A stretch of 64,000 bases of DNA, from the NCBI GenBank assembly GCA_963663035.1, contig OY760074.1, positions 192,001 through 256,000 on the forward strand, given 5' to 3'. Position numbers and translations under genes: made by a program. The notes under the pieces are model-generated. The model was not told where the DNA came from and searched no databases. It saw nothing but the letters and a program-made list of their open reading frames with translations. This stretch comes from Acidobacteriota bacterium. Its GTDB lineage: Bacteria; Acidobacteriota; UBA6911; RPQK01; JADFOI01. Shown here one piece after another: positions 19,561 to 28,798 of the stretch. Positions within the stretch are counted from its first letter, which is position 1. Every line of letters starts with the position of its first letter.

Positions 19561-21417
19561 CTAGTCCAGCAATGTCAGGTCTCGCACAGCACCTTTGTCG
19601 GCGCTGGTGGTCATCAAAGCGTAGAACTGGAGGGCGGGGGTGACCTGTCGGTCACGGGATACGGGTTGCCAGGCTTTGGCGCCCTTGGCCTCCATTGTCT
19701 GGCGTCGCTGGGCCAGTTCCTCGTCGGTGATGGCGAGGGTCAAGGTGCGGTTGGGGATATCGATTTCGATGGAATCGCCCTCCTCGATCAGGCCGATGGC
19801 CCCTTGGGAAGCGGCCTCCGGAGAAACGTGGCCGATACAGAGTCCTGAGGTGCCGCCCGAGAAGCGGCCGTCGGTGATCAGAGCACAGACCTTGTCCAGT
19901 CCCTTGGACTTGAGATAACTGGTCGGATAGAGCATTTCCTGCATTCCCGGCCCGCCTTTGGGACCCTCGTAGCGGATGACAATCACATCGCCCTTTGCCA
20001 CTTTGTCGCCCAGAATGGCGTCGACTGCGTCTTCTTGACTCTCGAAGATCCGCGCCGAGCCCTTGAACGTCAAGAGCGATTCGTCAACTCCGGCGGTTTT
20101 CACGATGCAGCCGTCAGGGGCCAGGTTGCCGTAGAGCACGGCCAGGCCACCGTCCTGGCTGTAGGCGTGTTCGCGGTCCCGGATACAGCCGCTCTCGCGG
20201 TCCAGATCCAGAGACTCCCACTGCTCACTCTGGGAGAAGGCTTGCTGGGTGGGACGTCGGCCCGGTCCGGCAAGGTAAAGCTTATGGGCTGCTCCGTTGG
20301 ATCCGTTGTGCCCATTGCCCACATCCCATTGCTCGAGTGCTTCCCCCATCGTGGGGCTGTGCACGGTAGACACCTGGCGATGGATCAATTCTGCACGGTC
20401 CAGCTCGCCCAGCAGCGCCGGCATGCCGCCCGCGCGGTGGACATCCTCCATGTGAAAGAGGGGAGTTGATGGTGCCACCTTGCACAGGTTGGGCACACGC
20501 CGCGACAGGTCGTCGATGTCCTTCATGGAAAAGGGCACATGGGCCTCCTGGGCCGCGGCCAACAGGTGCAGGACGGTATTGGTCGAGCCTCCCATGGCGA
20601 CATCCAGGGTCATGGCGTTTTGGAAGGCCTCGAAGGTGGCGATGGAGCGGGGCAGGACGCTCTCGTCCTCATCCTGGTAATAAGCCTTGGTGATTTCCAC
20701 GATGCGCCGGCCCGCCATGAGAAACAGGTCTTTTCGGGCTGCGTGGGTGGCCAGCAGCGTACCGTTGCCCGGCAACCCTAGACCCATGGCCTCCACCAGG
20801 CAGTTCATCGAATTGGCGGTGAACATACCGGAGCAGGATCCACAGGTGGGACAGGCATTCTGCTCGTAAACCTGACTTTCCTCGTCGCTCACATTGGGGT
20901 TGGCCGCCGCGATCATCGAGTCGACCAGGTCCAGCTTGACCTGTTTGCCGTTGAGCTCGGCCCGCCCGGCCTCCATGGGGCCGCCCGATACGAAAATGGC
21001 AGGAATATTCAGGCGCAGGGCCGCCATCAGCATTCCTGGTGTGATTTTGTCGCAATTGGAAATACAGACCAGGGCATCGGCGCAGTGGGCGTTGACCATG
21101 TATTCGACAGCGTCGGCAATGAGTTCCCGTGAGGGCAGGCTGTACAGCATGCCCGAGTGACCCATGGCGATGCCGTCGTCGATAGCGATGGTGTTAAACT
21201 CACGGCCGATTCCCCCGGCCTCGGCAATGGCCCCAGCCACCAACTGGCCCATGTCTTTTAAGTGCACATGACCCGGGACAAACTGGGTGAAGGAATTTGC
21301 AATGGCGATGAACGGCTTGCCGAAGTCCTCATCCTTGACACCGGTGGCGCGCCACAAGGCGCGTGCGCCGGCCATATTGCGCCCGGAAATCGTCGTTGCG
21401 GATCGATATCGCGGCAT
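19561..21417 (-). CDS. ilvD: Dihydroxy-acid dehydratase
   Basis: [48 protein letters not shown]. Confidence 0.98.
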   Translation of the reverse strand: MPRYRSATTISGRNMAGARALWRATGVKDEDFGKPFIAIANSFTQFVPGHVHLKDMGQLVAGAIAEAGGIGREFNTIAIDDGIAMGHSGMLYSLPSRELIADAVEYMVNAHCADALVCISNCDKITPGMLMAALRLNIPAIFVSGGPMEAGRAELNGKQVKLDLVDSMIAAANPNVSDEESQVYEQNACPTCGSCSGMFTANSMNCLVEAMGLGLPGNGTLLATHAARKDLFLMAGRRIVEITKAYYQDEDESVLPRSIATFEAFQNAMTLDVAMGGSTNTVLHLLAAAQEAHVPFSMKDIDDLSRRVPNLCKVAPSTPLFHMEDVHRAGGMPALLGELDRAELIHRQVSTVHSPTMGEALEQWDVGNGHNGSNGAAHKLYLAGPGRRPTQQAFSQSEQWESLDLDRESGCIRDREHAYSQDGGLAVLYGNLAPDGCIVKTAGVDESLLTFKGSARIFESQEDAVDAILGDKVAKGDVIVIRYEGPKGGPGMQEMLYPTSYLKSKGLDKVCALITDGRFSGGTSGLCIGHVSPEAASQGAIGLIEEGDSIEIDIPNRTLTLAITDEELAQRRQTMEAKGAKAWQPVSRDRQVTPALQFYALMTTSADKGAVRDLTLLD

Positions 21418-21506
21418 GGTAGTCCTCTCCTGCTATTCAAATTTCTTTTTCTTCGAGTAAGTGATTCTTATTCTATCAGAGTTCAAGACCGGCGAGAATG
21501 GCTCTC

Positions 21507-22607
21507 TCAGTTGGTCCCGCGCCCGGCCACCCCTTTGGTGTCGGCGGAAATCTCCCTGCCCTGCTCCTTAGGACGCAAATCGCGCGTTGCCTTGCCCGCC
21601 CGCCACATCTCGGAATTGCCGATTTCGCCCAATTCCTTGGTGAGCTGCTCCTGGTAATCGGGCGCGCCGCAGGCCTCCAACACCCGGGCCGTCTCCTGGC
21701 CCGATGCCACCCGCTCGTAGAGCTTGTGGAACACGGGCAGGACGGCTTCCTTGAACTTTGGCTTCCAGTCGAGCGCTCCACGCTGTGCCGTGGCCGAGCA
21801 GTTGGAGTACATCCAATCCATGCCGTTTTCGCCGACCAGCTTGATGAGGCTTTCGGTGAGTTCTTCGACTGTCTCGTTGAAGGCTTCACTGGGGCTGTGG
21901 CCCTTCTCGCGCAGCACCTCGTATTGGGCCTCCATGATGCCGGCCAGGGCACCCATCAGGACCCCACGCTCGCCGGTCAGGTCGCTGTGGACCTCGCGGT
22001 GGAAAGTGGTGGGGAACAAGTATCCTGAGCCAATCCCGATGCCCACGGCTACGGTCCGCTCCTCGGCTCGTCCCGTGAAATCCTGCTCGACCGCAAAGCT
22101 CGAATTGATGCCCGCGCCCGACAGGAAATTGCGCCGCACCGACGTGCCGGAGCCTTTGGGGGCCACCATGATCACGTCCACGTTCTCAGGAGGCACCACC
22201 TCTGTCTGGTCCTTGAAGACAATGGAAAAACCGTGAGAGAAATAGATCGCATCGCCCTCATTCAGACATTGCTTAATGGTTGGCCAGATCGCTTTCTGGG
22301 CCGCGTCGGACACCAGCATTTGCACGATGGTGCCCTTCTGGGCCGCCTCCTCGATGTCAAAGAGAGTCTTTCCCGGCTCCCAGCCGTCGCCAACCGCCCG
22401 GTCCCAGTCCTTCTGGAACCGCTGCGCCTGCCCGACAATCACATTGAAACCGTTATCCTTCATGTTGAGCGACTGGGCGGGTCCCTGCACGCCGTAGCCA
22501 ATGACGGCAATGGTCTCGTCCTTCAGAACCTCGCGAGCCTTATCCAGGGTAAATTCTTCCCGTGTGATGACCGTCTCGACAACTCCACCAAAATCTATCT
22601 CAGCCAT
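21507..22607 (-). CDS. ilvC: Ketol-acid reductoisomerase
   Basis: IGYGVQG, FSHGF, APKGSG, SDLTGERGVLMG, NCSATAQRGALDW. Confidence 0.95.
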   Translation of the reverse strand: MAEIDFGGVVETVITREEFTLDKAREVLKDETIAVIGYGVQGPAQSLNMKDNGFNVIVGQAQRFQKDWDRAVGDGWEPGKTLFDIEEAAQKGTIVQMLVSDAAQKAIWPTIKQCLNEGDAIYFSHGFSIVFKDQTEVVPPENVDVIMVAPKGSGTSVRRNFLSGAGINSSFAVEQDFTGRAEERTVAVGIGIGSGYLFPTTFHREVHSDLTGERGVLMGALAGIMEAQYEVLREKGHSPSEAFNETVEELTESLIKLVGENGMDWMYSNCSATAQRGALDWKPKFKEAVLPVFHKLYERVASGQETARVLEACGAPDYQEQLTKELGEIGNSEMWRAGKATRDLRPKEQGREISADTKGVAGRGTN

Positions 22608-22743
22608 GAGTCACTCCTCTGTTTAGTGGTTAACTGACTGCCGCTGCAGTCTTTCCTACAAGGCCCTGTAAATGACCACAAATCCAGGCTCCTGTCAAGA
22701 TGTATGACGTACCCAAGATGGAAACTTTAGATCCTGCAACCGG

Positions 22744-23736
22744 TCAGCCTCTTCGCCAAAGAACCCGCACTCCATCCACACGCCATTCGTGTCCGCCCTG
22801 GCTGTCAATGACCAGGGCGGCCCAAGTTTGTGGCTTGTCCTCCGCGATGCCAACGTCCGCGCACACCAGGCGGTGTCGGAAGCGTGTGAGGATGTGGCCT
22901 GGCCGCCCCCCGGGAACAATGCGTACCGGGCTGTGCCCGACCACGAGCCGCCGCCCGCCCAGTCCAGCCAGTACCTTCTTCAGGATCGCTTCCGTCTCGG
23001 CTCCGCTGCCCCGAGCGAGCTGCCGGTGCCAGAGTGGCCCATCGGCATGATGAAGGATCGAGTTTTGTGGGACCGCTCCCAGATGATTTGGCGAGTCCGC
23101 CCAGGCCTTTGCCGCCGCGCGGTTGAGCCCATCCACGCCCTGGCGCGCCCAATGGGGCGAGACTCCGCCGTGGACAAAAACTGTGTCCCCCAGGCGCAGC
23201 GCGACCGGCAGGCGCCTGATCACCCGACCGATGCGTCCGCGGGGTCCCAGGGCCCGCCGCAGGGCCGCTTTCCCGGGGACGTGCTTCATCTCCCACAAGC
23301 GGAAGCGCGGTTCAAGTGGCAGGATGGGTTCGCCCGGCTGGTGCTGGCTGCGCAGGCGCATGAGCGCCCGCCTTTCGCGCTGGGACCAGGCCTCCCTCTC
23401 CCGAGAGGTGGCGAAGGATAGATATTCGCCTGCCGTGCAGTAGGACTCGTCCCCCAGGGCGGTCATGACCTCGTGGTTGCCGAGGAGGATGGTGACGTTT
23501 CCACCGACGGTGCGTGCCTCCTGCTGCAGCCGGATCAGCATCTCGAAGGCCTCTCGAGCTCCGCTACCTCGGTTGAACACGTCGCCGAGCTGGACGAGGT
23601 GGCTGGCGCCGCCTTTCCAGCGGTCGTGTGAGTTGATGAGCCCCGTTCCGCGCAGGAGGGCTCGGAGCCCGTCGGGCGCTCCGTTGAGGTCTCCAACGAC
23701 AACGATCCTGGGGGGAAGGGGTCTCGGGGAGGGAAT
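22744..23736 (-). CDS. Shewanella-like metallophosphoesterase; probable ATT start at 23736
   Basis: GDLNG, GDVFNRG, GNHE, HGG, GHS motifs; AAGGAG 6 nt before an in-frame ATT. Confidence 0.8.
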   Translation of the reverse strand: MPSPRPLPPRIVVVGDLNGAPDGLRALLRGTGLINSHDRWKGGASHLVQLGDVFNRGSGAREAFEMLIRLQQEARTVGGNVTILLGNHEVMTALGDESYCTAGEYLSFATSREREAWSQRERRALMRLRSQHQPGEPILPLEPRFRLWEMKHVPGKAALRRALGPRGRIGRVIRRLPVALRLGDTVFVHGGVSPHWARQGVDGLNRAAAKAWADSPNHLGAVPQNSILHHADGPLWHRQLARGSGAETEAILKKVLAGLGGRRLVVGHSPVRIVPGGRPGHILTRFRHRLVCADVGIAEDKPQTWAALVIDSQGGHEWRVDGVRVLWRRG

Positions 23737-23799
23737 AAGAATCTCCTTTTTCGCAGCGAGTGTATTGTGGGAGGATAAGGAGGTCAAGGTATCGCCAAA

Positions 23800-24993
23800 A
23801 TGGAAAAACACCCGCCCGAGAAAGCCATCATTTTTATCCCTGGCAATTATGGAAGTGCCCTGAAAAAAAAGACAACCGGGGAGCGGGTCTGGCTGACGGT
23901 ATCAGAAGGCCTGTGGGGATCCTCCACTCTTGCGCTGGATCAAGATGGGCTCGAGATCTCGGGCACGATGGAGCTGATCGAGGATGGGATACTCGGCAAC
24001 GTCCGTGTTGTCCCACTGGTGTATGTCGTGGATGTCTACGCTTCACTTCTTGAGAGCCTGGAAGACCGGTTTCAAGGGAAGGCACGGATCATCCCCTTTT
24101 CCTATGACTGGAGACAGGACAACTTTAAGGCTGTTACCCAACTGGCCCAGCTGGTCGACCAACTCATCGATAGCGGAACCCGTTCCATTTCTATCCTTGC
24201 CCACAGCATGGGAGGACTCATTGCCACCTATTACTTGAGGTATGGAGAGCAAAAGCCTGAAACAACGACTGAATTGCCAGGAGAAAACTGGAATGGTGCC
24301 CAAAAAATAGATCGAGTTGTGCTGGCGGGAGTCCCCTTCAGAGGAGCGATGAGTCGCTTTCAGCACACGCAGACGGGTACAAGATTTGGCCTCAATAAAA
24401 GCCTTTTGACAGCCCAGGCCATCTCCTCCCTTCCAGCCACCTATCAACTGCTGCCCTTCTTCGAGACTTCAAAGATTCTCTCCCAGACCTTGAAGCCGAT
24501 CCCGAATGTGATTTTCGATCCCCACCACTGGATTCGACATGGATGGGGCCTCATGAATGCTCAGGAAGTCAGGCCACAAGCTCTTGAAAATCGAAAAAAT
24601 TTCACCATACGAGAGTTGAAACGAGCAGATCGATTTTTCCAATTGATTAACCTGCCGTCCCGCCAAACGGAGAGGGTGCCCACCCAGGTGTTGCATATTT
24701 GCGGGAAGGGGCGGCCTACCCTGGCCAAGGCCATCTTGCTGAGGGATCCTGAGGAAAATACGGGTCGCCTGTTATTTGATGAGAATGGCCTTCGGAATTC
24801 TATACCGGAGCTTACGGCTGACCTTCTTCTTGAAGAGGGTGACGGAAGCCTCACCCTTGAATCGACCTCTTTGCCTCAGGCCCTCCAAGAGAACTTTCAA
24901 GGAGTGTCATTTACAGAGACGAAAACCGGCCACGCAGATATGCTGAAGGACAGGGAAGTTCAACAGCGGGTTTTCGCCTTTCTGGAGGAGTAG
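23800..24993 (+). CDS. Alpha/beta hydrolase, LCAT/PGAP1-like lipase or acyltransferase
   Basis: FIPG..GS, YDWR, AHSMGG, GDG, C-terminal His. Confidence 0.85.
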   Translation: MEKHPPEKAIIFIPGNYGSALKKKTTGERVWLTVSEGLWGSSTLALDQDGLEISGTMELIEDGILGNVRVVPLVYVVDVYASLLESLEDRFQGKARIIPFSYDWRQDNFKAVTQLAQLVDQLIDSGTRSISILAHSMGGLIATYYLRYGEQKPETTTELPGENWNGAQKIDRVVLAGVPFRGAMSRFQHTQTGTRFGLNKSLLTAQAISSLPATYQLLPFFETSKILSQTLKPIPNVIFDPHHWIRHGWGLMNAQEVRPQALENRKNFTIRELKRADRFFQLINLPSRQTERVPTQVLHICGKGRPTLAKAILLRDPEENTGRLLFDENGLRNSIPELTADLLLEEGDGSLTLESTSLPQALQENFQGVSFTETKTGHADMLKDREVQQRVFAFLEE

Positions 24994-25063
24994 ATTTTTC
25001 TTTTTGATTGAAGGAAGAACGGCAAATCGCTAACCTACATACTCGAGAACAGAAGGGGCAGAC

Positions 25064-25339
25064 ATGGATAGTGGTGAGAAGCAGCGTGCATACTGGAGAA
25101 AGAACTTAACCTACCTGGCGATTCTCCTGGGCATCTGGGCCCTGGTGTCGTTTGGCTTCAGTATCCTGTTCGTCGACGAGCTGGACCGGATTTCTCTGGG
25201 CGGCTTCGGGCTCGGATTCTGGTTTGCGCAGCAGGGGGCGATTTACGTCTTCGTCGTGCTGATCTTTATTTACGTCGCCTTGATGAATCGTCTGGACCGT
25301 CGTTACGACGTGGACGATCGGGACGGAAGCGGATCATGA
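25064..25339 (+). CDS. DUF4212 small symporter-associated membrane protein
   Basis: YWRKN, GFWFAQQGAI; overlaps the symporter start (ATGA). Confidence 0.9.
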   Translation: MDSGEKQRAYWRKNLTYLAILLGIWALVSFGFSILFVDELDRISLGGFGLGFWFAQQGAIYVFVVLIFIYVALMNRLDRRYDVDDRDGSGS

Positions 25340-27027
25340 GTGTTCAGGCCTGGACCTTTGTGATGGTGGGACTGTCGTTCGCACTCTATATCTGCGTAGC
25401 GTTCCTGTCCAAGGCCACCTCCACCAAGGAGTTCTATATCGCCGGTGGTCGTGTCTCACCCGTTGTCAATGGGATGGCCACTGCGGCCGACTGGATGTCG
25501 GCAGCGTCCTTCATCTCGATGGCTGGGCTCATCTCCTTCATGGGCCGCGACGGATCCGTCTACCTGCTGGGCTGGACAGGCGGATACGTCTTGCTGGCTC
25601 TGCTGTTGGCCCCTTACCTGAGGAAATTCGGTAAGTATACGGTGCCGGATTTCGTAGGAGATCGTTATTACTCCCAGCTGGCTCGGGTGGTGGCCGTGGT
25701 CTGTGCCATCTTCGTGTCCTTCACCTACGTCTCCGGTCAAATGCGCGGCGTGGGCATCGTCTTTTCACGCTTTCTGGACGTGGGAATCAATACCGGAGTG
25801 CTCATCGGCATGGGGATTGTCCTCTTCTACGCCGTGATGGGGGGGATGCGGGGGATCACCTATACCCAGGTGGCGCAGTACTGTGTCCTGATTTTCGCCT
25901 ATCTGGTACCCGCCATCTTCATTTCGCTGCTGATGACGGATCACCTGATACCCCAGATCGGTTTCGGCGCCGCTGTGAACGATGGATCGGGCCAGTATCT
26001 GCTGGAGAAGCTCAACAGCCTGAGTCAAGAACTGGGGTTCGCCGTCTACACTTCGGGTCAGAAGGGCACGCTGGACGTCCTGTTCATTACAGCAGCCTTG
26101 ATGGTCGGAACCGCTGGCCTCCCCCATGTGATCGTGCGGTTCTTTACCGTGCCCAGAGTGTCGGCAGCCCGCAGCTCGGCTGGCTGGGCGCTGGTCTTCA
26201 TCGCGCTGCTCTACACCGCTGCACCGGCGGTGGCCGTGTTCGCCCGAACCAACCTGCTCAGCACCATCTCCAACGCTGAATACGCGGATGCCCCGTCCTG
26301 GTTCACCAATTGGGAGGCTACGGGTCTGATCACCTTCGAGGACAAGAACCAGGATGGAATCATTCAGTATGTGGGATCCAACAGCGCGGTTGAGAACGAG
26401 CTGACCATTGATCGGGACATCATGGTGTTGGCCAATCCGGAGATCGCCGAGCTTCCCAACTGGGTGACCGGGCTGGTTGCAGCTGGAGGGCTTGCAGCGG
26501 CGCTATCGACGGCAGCTGGCCTTCTGTTGGTTATTTCCAGTGCGATTGCACACGACCTCTTGAAGAAGGGTCTCCGGCCCGGCATCACCGAGAAGGGCGA
26601 ACTCATCGCGGCTCGCATCTCGGCTGGACTGGCTGTCTGCATCGCAGGCTATTTCGGCGTCAACCCTCCTGGCTTCGTGGCCGAGGTGGTCGCCTTCGCC
26701 TTCGGTCTGGCTGCCTCCTCCTTCTTCCCAGTGATCATACTCGGTATTTTCTCCAAACGGATGAACAAGTACGGAGCGATAGCCGGCATGATCGTCGGTA
26801 TCACCTTCACTGCGGGATACATCGTCTACTTCAAGTTTCTCCATCCAGAACTCAACTCGGTGGACCACTGGTGGTGGGGCGTTTCCCCGGAAGGGATTGG
26901 CACACTCGGCATGCTCTTGAACTTTGCTGTTTCCACTGCCGTCTCGCAGATGACGCCGCCGCCCCCCCTAGAGGTTCAGCAATTGGTCGAGTCCATCCGG
27001 ATCCCCCGAGGGGCCGTCAGTTCGTAA
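25336..27027 (+). CDS. Sodium:solute symporter, ActP-like cation/acetate symporter
   Basis: GMATAADWMSAASF, GTAGLPHV, AGGLAAALSTAAGLL. Confidence 0.92.
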   Translation: MSVQAWTFVMVGLSFALYICVAFLSKATSTKEFYIAGGRVSPVVNGMATAADWMSAASFISMAGLISFMGRDGSVYLLGWTGGYVLLALLLAPYLRKFGKYTVPDFVGDRYYSQLARVVAVVCAIFVSFTYVSGQMRGVGIVFSRFLDVGINTGVLIGMGIVLFYAVMGGMRGITYTQVAQYCVLIFAYLVPAIFISLLMTDHLIPQIGFGAAVNDGSGQYLLEKLNSLSQELGFAVYTSGQKGTLDVLFITAALMVGTAGLPHVIVRFFTVPRVSAARSSAGWALVFIALLYTAAPAVAVFARTNLLSTISNAEYADAPSWFTNWEATGLITFEDKNQDGIIQYVGSNSAVENELTIDRDIMVLANPEIAELPNWVTGLVAAGGLAAALSTAAGLLLVISSAIAHDLLKKGLRPGITEKGELIAARISAGLAVCIAGYFGVNPPGFVAEVVAFAFGLAASSFFPVIILGIFSKRMNKYGAIAGMIVGITFTAGYIVYFKFLHPELNSVDHWWWGVSPEGIGTLGMLLNFAVSTAVSQMTPPPPLEVQQLVESIRIPRGAVSS

Positions 27028-27053
27028 ACAAGTCAATAAATCGAGCCCTAGCG

Positions 27054-27260
27054 CCCGCATTATGCTAAAATTTCTGCTACAGTGTCGCAATCATCCGCGC
27101 TGACGGCGTTGTGCGACCCGCAAAGCGGGTACCCCTTGCGCTCCTCGACGTACTGCAAGAGTACGTCTGCGGGGCGCGACCCGCGAGCGGGTACCCCTCA
27201 CACGCCTTGTCATCGCGGCGCTTGCGCCACTTCGCTACGAAAACCTATGCATAATGCGGG
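27054..27260. mobile_element. MITE-like element, copy c (duplicated core plus hairpin insert)
   Basis: Ends CCCGCATTATGC/GCATAATGCGGG then CTAG; two GACCCGC..GCGGGTACCCCT cores around a CGTACT..AGTACG hairpin. Confidence 0.85.
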
Positions 27261-27270
27261 CTAGAGCATA

Positions 27271-27594
27271 GTGATGTTCAAGTTGTTATCGACCTGGCAG
27301 AGGACCTTTCTGCTTGCTGTGCTCTGCTGCCTTGTGAGCTTGGCGGTTGTCGTCATCGCTCTGAACCTGGCTGTCTGGGGAGCGCCCTTACCCATCTTCC
27401 TTTTCTTACTTGGGTGGTTGCTGACTGTGGGGCTACCGACCAGTCTTTCAGTTGTTCTGGTGATGAGCTTCTGGCGGGGGGGTTCCGTGGAGATGTTCGC
27501 GCTTGTTGTGGTGAGCCTGGCGCTGGCTCTCACTCTCGTTTGTCTGGTGCTCCTGAGACAGATCATCATGCCTGGGTGGAGAACAAAGCCGTGA
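27271..27594 (+). CDS. Small three-TM membrane protein
   Basis: Hydrophobic ORF whose stop overlaps the next start (GTGA). Confidence 0.6.
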   Translation: MMFKLLSTWQRTFLLAVLCCLVSLAVVVIALNLAVWGAPLPIFLFLLGWLLTVGLPTSLSVVLVMSFWRGGSVEMFALVVVSLALALTLVCLVLLRQIIMPGWRTKP

Positions 27595-28652
27595 AGTTGA
27601 ACCGGAGGAGTTTCCTGGCCTCACTGCTTTGTGCTTCCTCCTGTGCCAATTCTGGCGGGCTCCATGAAGACCAACCCAGCGAGCCTGTCTTGGACTTCCA
27701 TGTCCATCTCCTGGGCGTTGGTGACGAAGGGAGTGGATGTTTTTTATCGGAAAGACAACGGACTCACTCCTTGAGCAGTGTTACGCCCACCAACTATTCC
27801 CTTCTTCTCGGTCTCCTGGGGTTGGAGCAAAACGGGCACATGGACCGCGACTATGTAGCGGTACTGGTGGACCAGCTGCAAAGGTCCTCGCTGGAGAAGG
27901 CGCTGCTGGTGGGGCAAGACGGCCGTTATGACCAGGATGGGATGTTTGATCGAGCCGCCACCAATTTCTACGTGCCCAACGAGTATCTCCTCAGAGTTGC
28001 CAGGGAGCACCCGGATCTGTTCGTTCCCTGTGTTTCGATCAATCCCAAACGACGTGATGCCTTGGAGGAGCTGGAACGTTGTGCCGAGGGGGGAGCTCGA
28101 GTTCTGAAGATCCATCCACCAACCCAGGATGTGGATCCCGGCCAGGACCGGTTTCGACCCTTTTACCGGCGCTTGGCGGAGTTGGACATCCTGCTCATGG
28201 TGCACACCGGGGCCGAACACGGTTCTCCCATAGTGGGGGATGACTACAGTGATCCGCAGCGGCTGGTGCCGGCACTGCAGGAGGGCTGTACGGTGATTGC
28301 CGCTCATGCGGGGATGGGTACTTTTCTGGACTCGGTCGATTTCTTTCCTGCTCTTGTTGAGCTGATCCAGGACTATCCGAGGCTTTATTGCGACTCGTCG
28401 GTGCTGGCAGCAACATCCTATTGGCGATCGCTTCCCCGCATCCTGGAGCAAGACCTGGTGATGGAGAGGCTCATCCATGGGAGTGATTTCCCTTTCCCTT
28501 CCAATGCCCTGGCCTTCTGGAATCGACTTCCTCCCATGGATCTGTTGAGGCTCAGCAGTGAACCCAACCTTTTAGAGCGAGACTTCCGCCTCAAGCTGGC
28601 TCTGGGATTACCGGCAGAGGTGTTCGAGCGCGGCGCACGTCTGCTGGGCTAG
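27591..28652 (+). CDS. Amidohydrolase-2 family protein with Tat-like signal
   Basis: NRRSFL signal, DFHVH, LKIHP, HTG.EH, AHAG, HGSDFP. Confidence 0.88.
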   Translation: MKLNRRSFLASLLCASSCANSGGLHEDQPSEPVLDFHVHLLGVGDEGSGCFLSERQRTHSLSSVTPTNYSLLLGLLGLEQNGHMDRDYVAVLVDQLQRSSLEKALLVGQDGRYDQDGMFDRAATNFYVPNEYLLRVAREHPDLFVPCVSINPKRRDALEELERCAEGGARVLKIHPPTQDVDPGQDRFRPFYRRLAELDILLMVHTGAEHGSPIVGDDYSDPQRLVPALQEGCTVIAAHAGMGTFLDSVDFFPALVELIQDYPRLYCDSSVLAATSYWRSLPRILEQDLVMERLIHGSDFPFPSNALAFWNRLPPMDLLRLSSEPNLLERDFRLKLALGLPAEVFERGARLLG

Positions 28653-28798
28653 CCCGCATTATGCATAAATTTTCTGCTACAGTGTCGCAATCATCCGCGC
28701 TGACGGCGTTATGCGACCCGCAAGCGGGTACCCCTCACACGCCTTGTCATCGCGGCGCTTGCGCCACTTCGCTACGAAAACCTATGCATATTGCTGGG
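28653..28798. mobile_element. MITE-like element, copy d
   Basis: CTAG on both flanks; left 19 bp match the IS1380 left end at 17/19. Confidence 0.88.

Noticed and set aside
22608-22740. Attenuator leader peptide or riboswitch upstream of ilvC
   Set aside because: No Ile/Leu/Val-rich mini-ORF with a terminator, and no T-box motif, could be recognised.
27054-28798. CRISPR array or integron attC cassettes from the recurring palindromes
   Set aside because: No regular repeat-spacer period, no cas or integrase gene, mixed orientations and no GTTRRRY ends.
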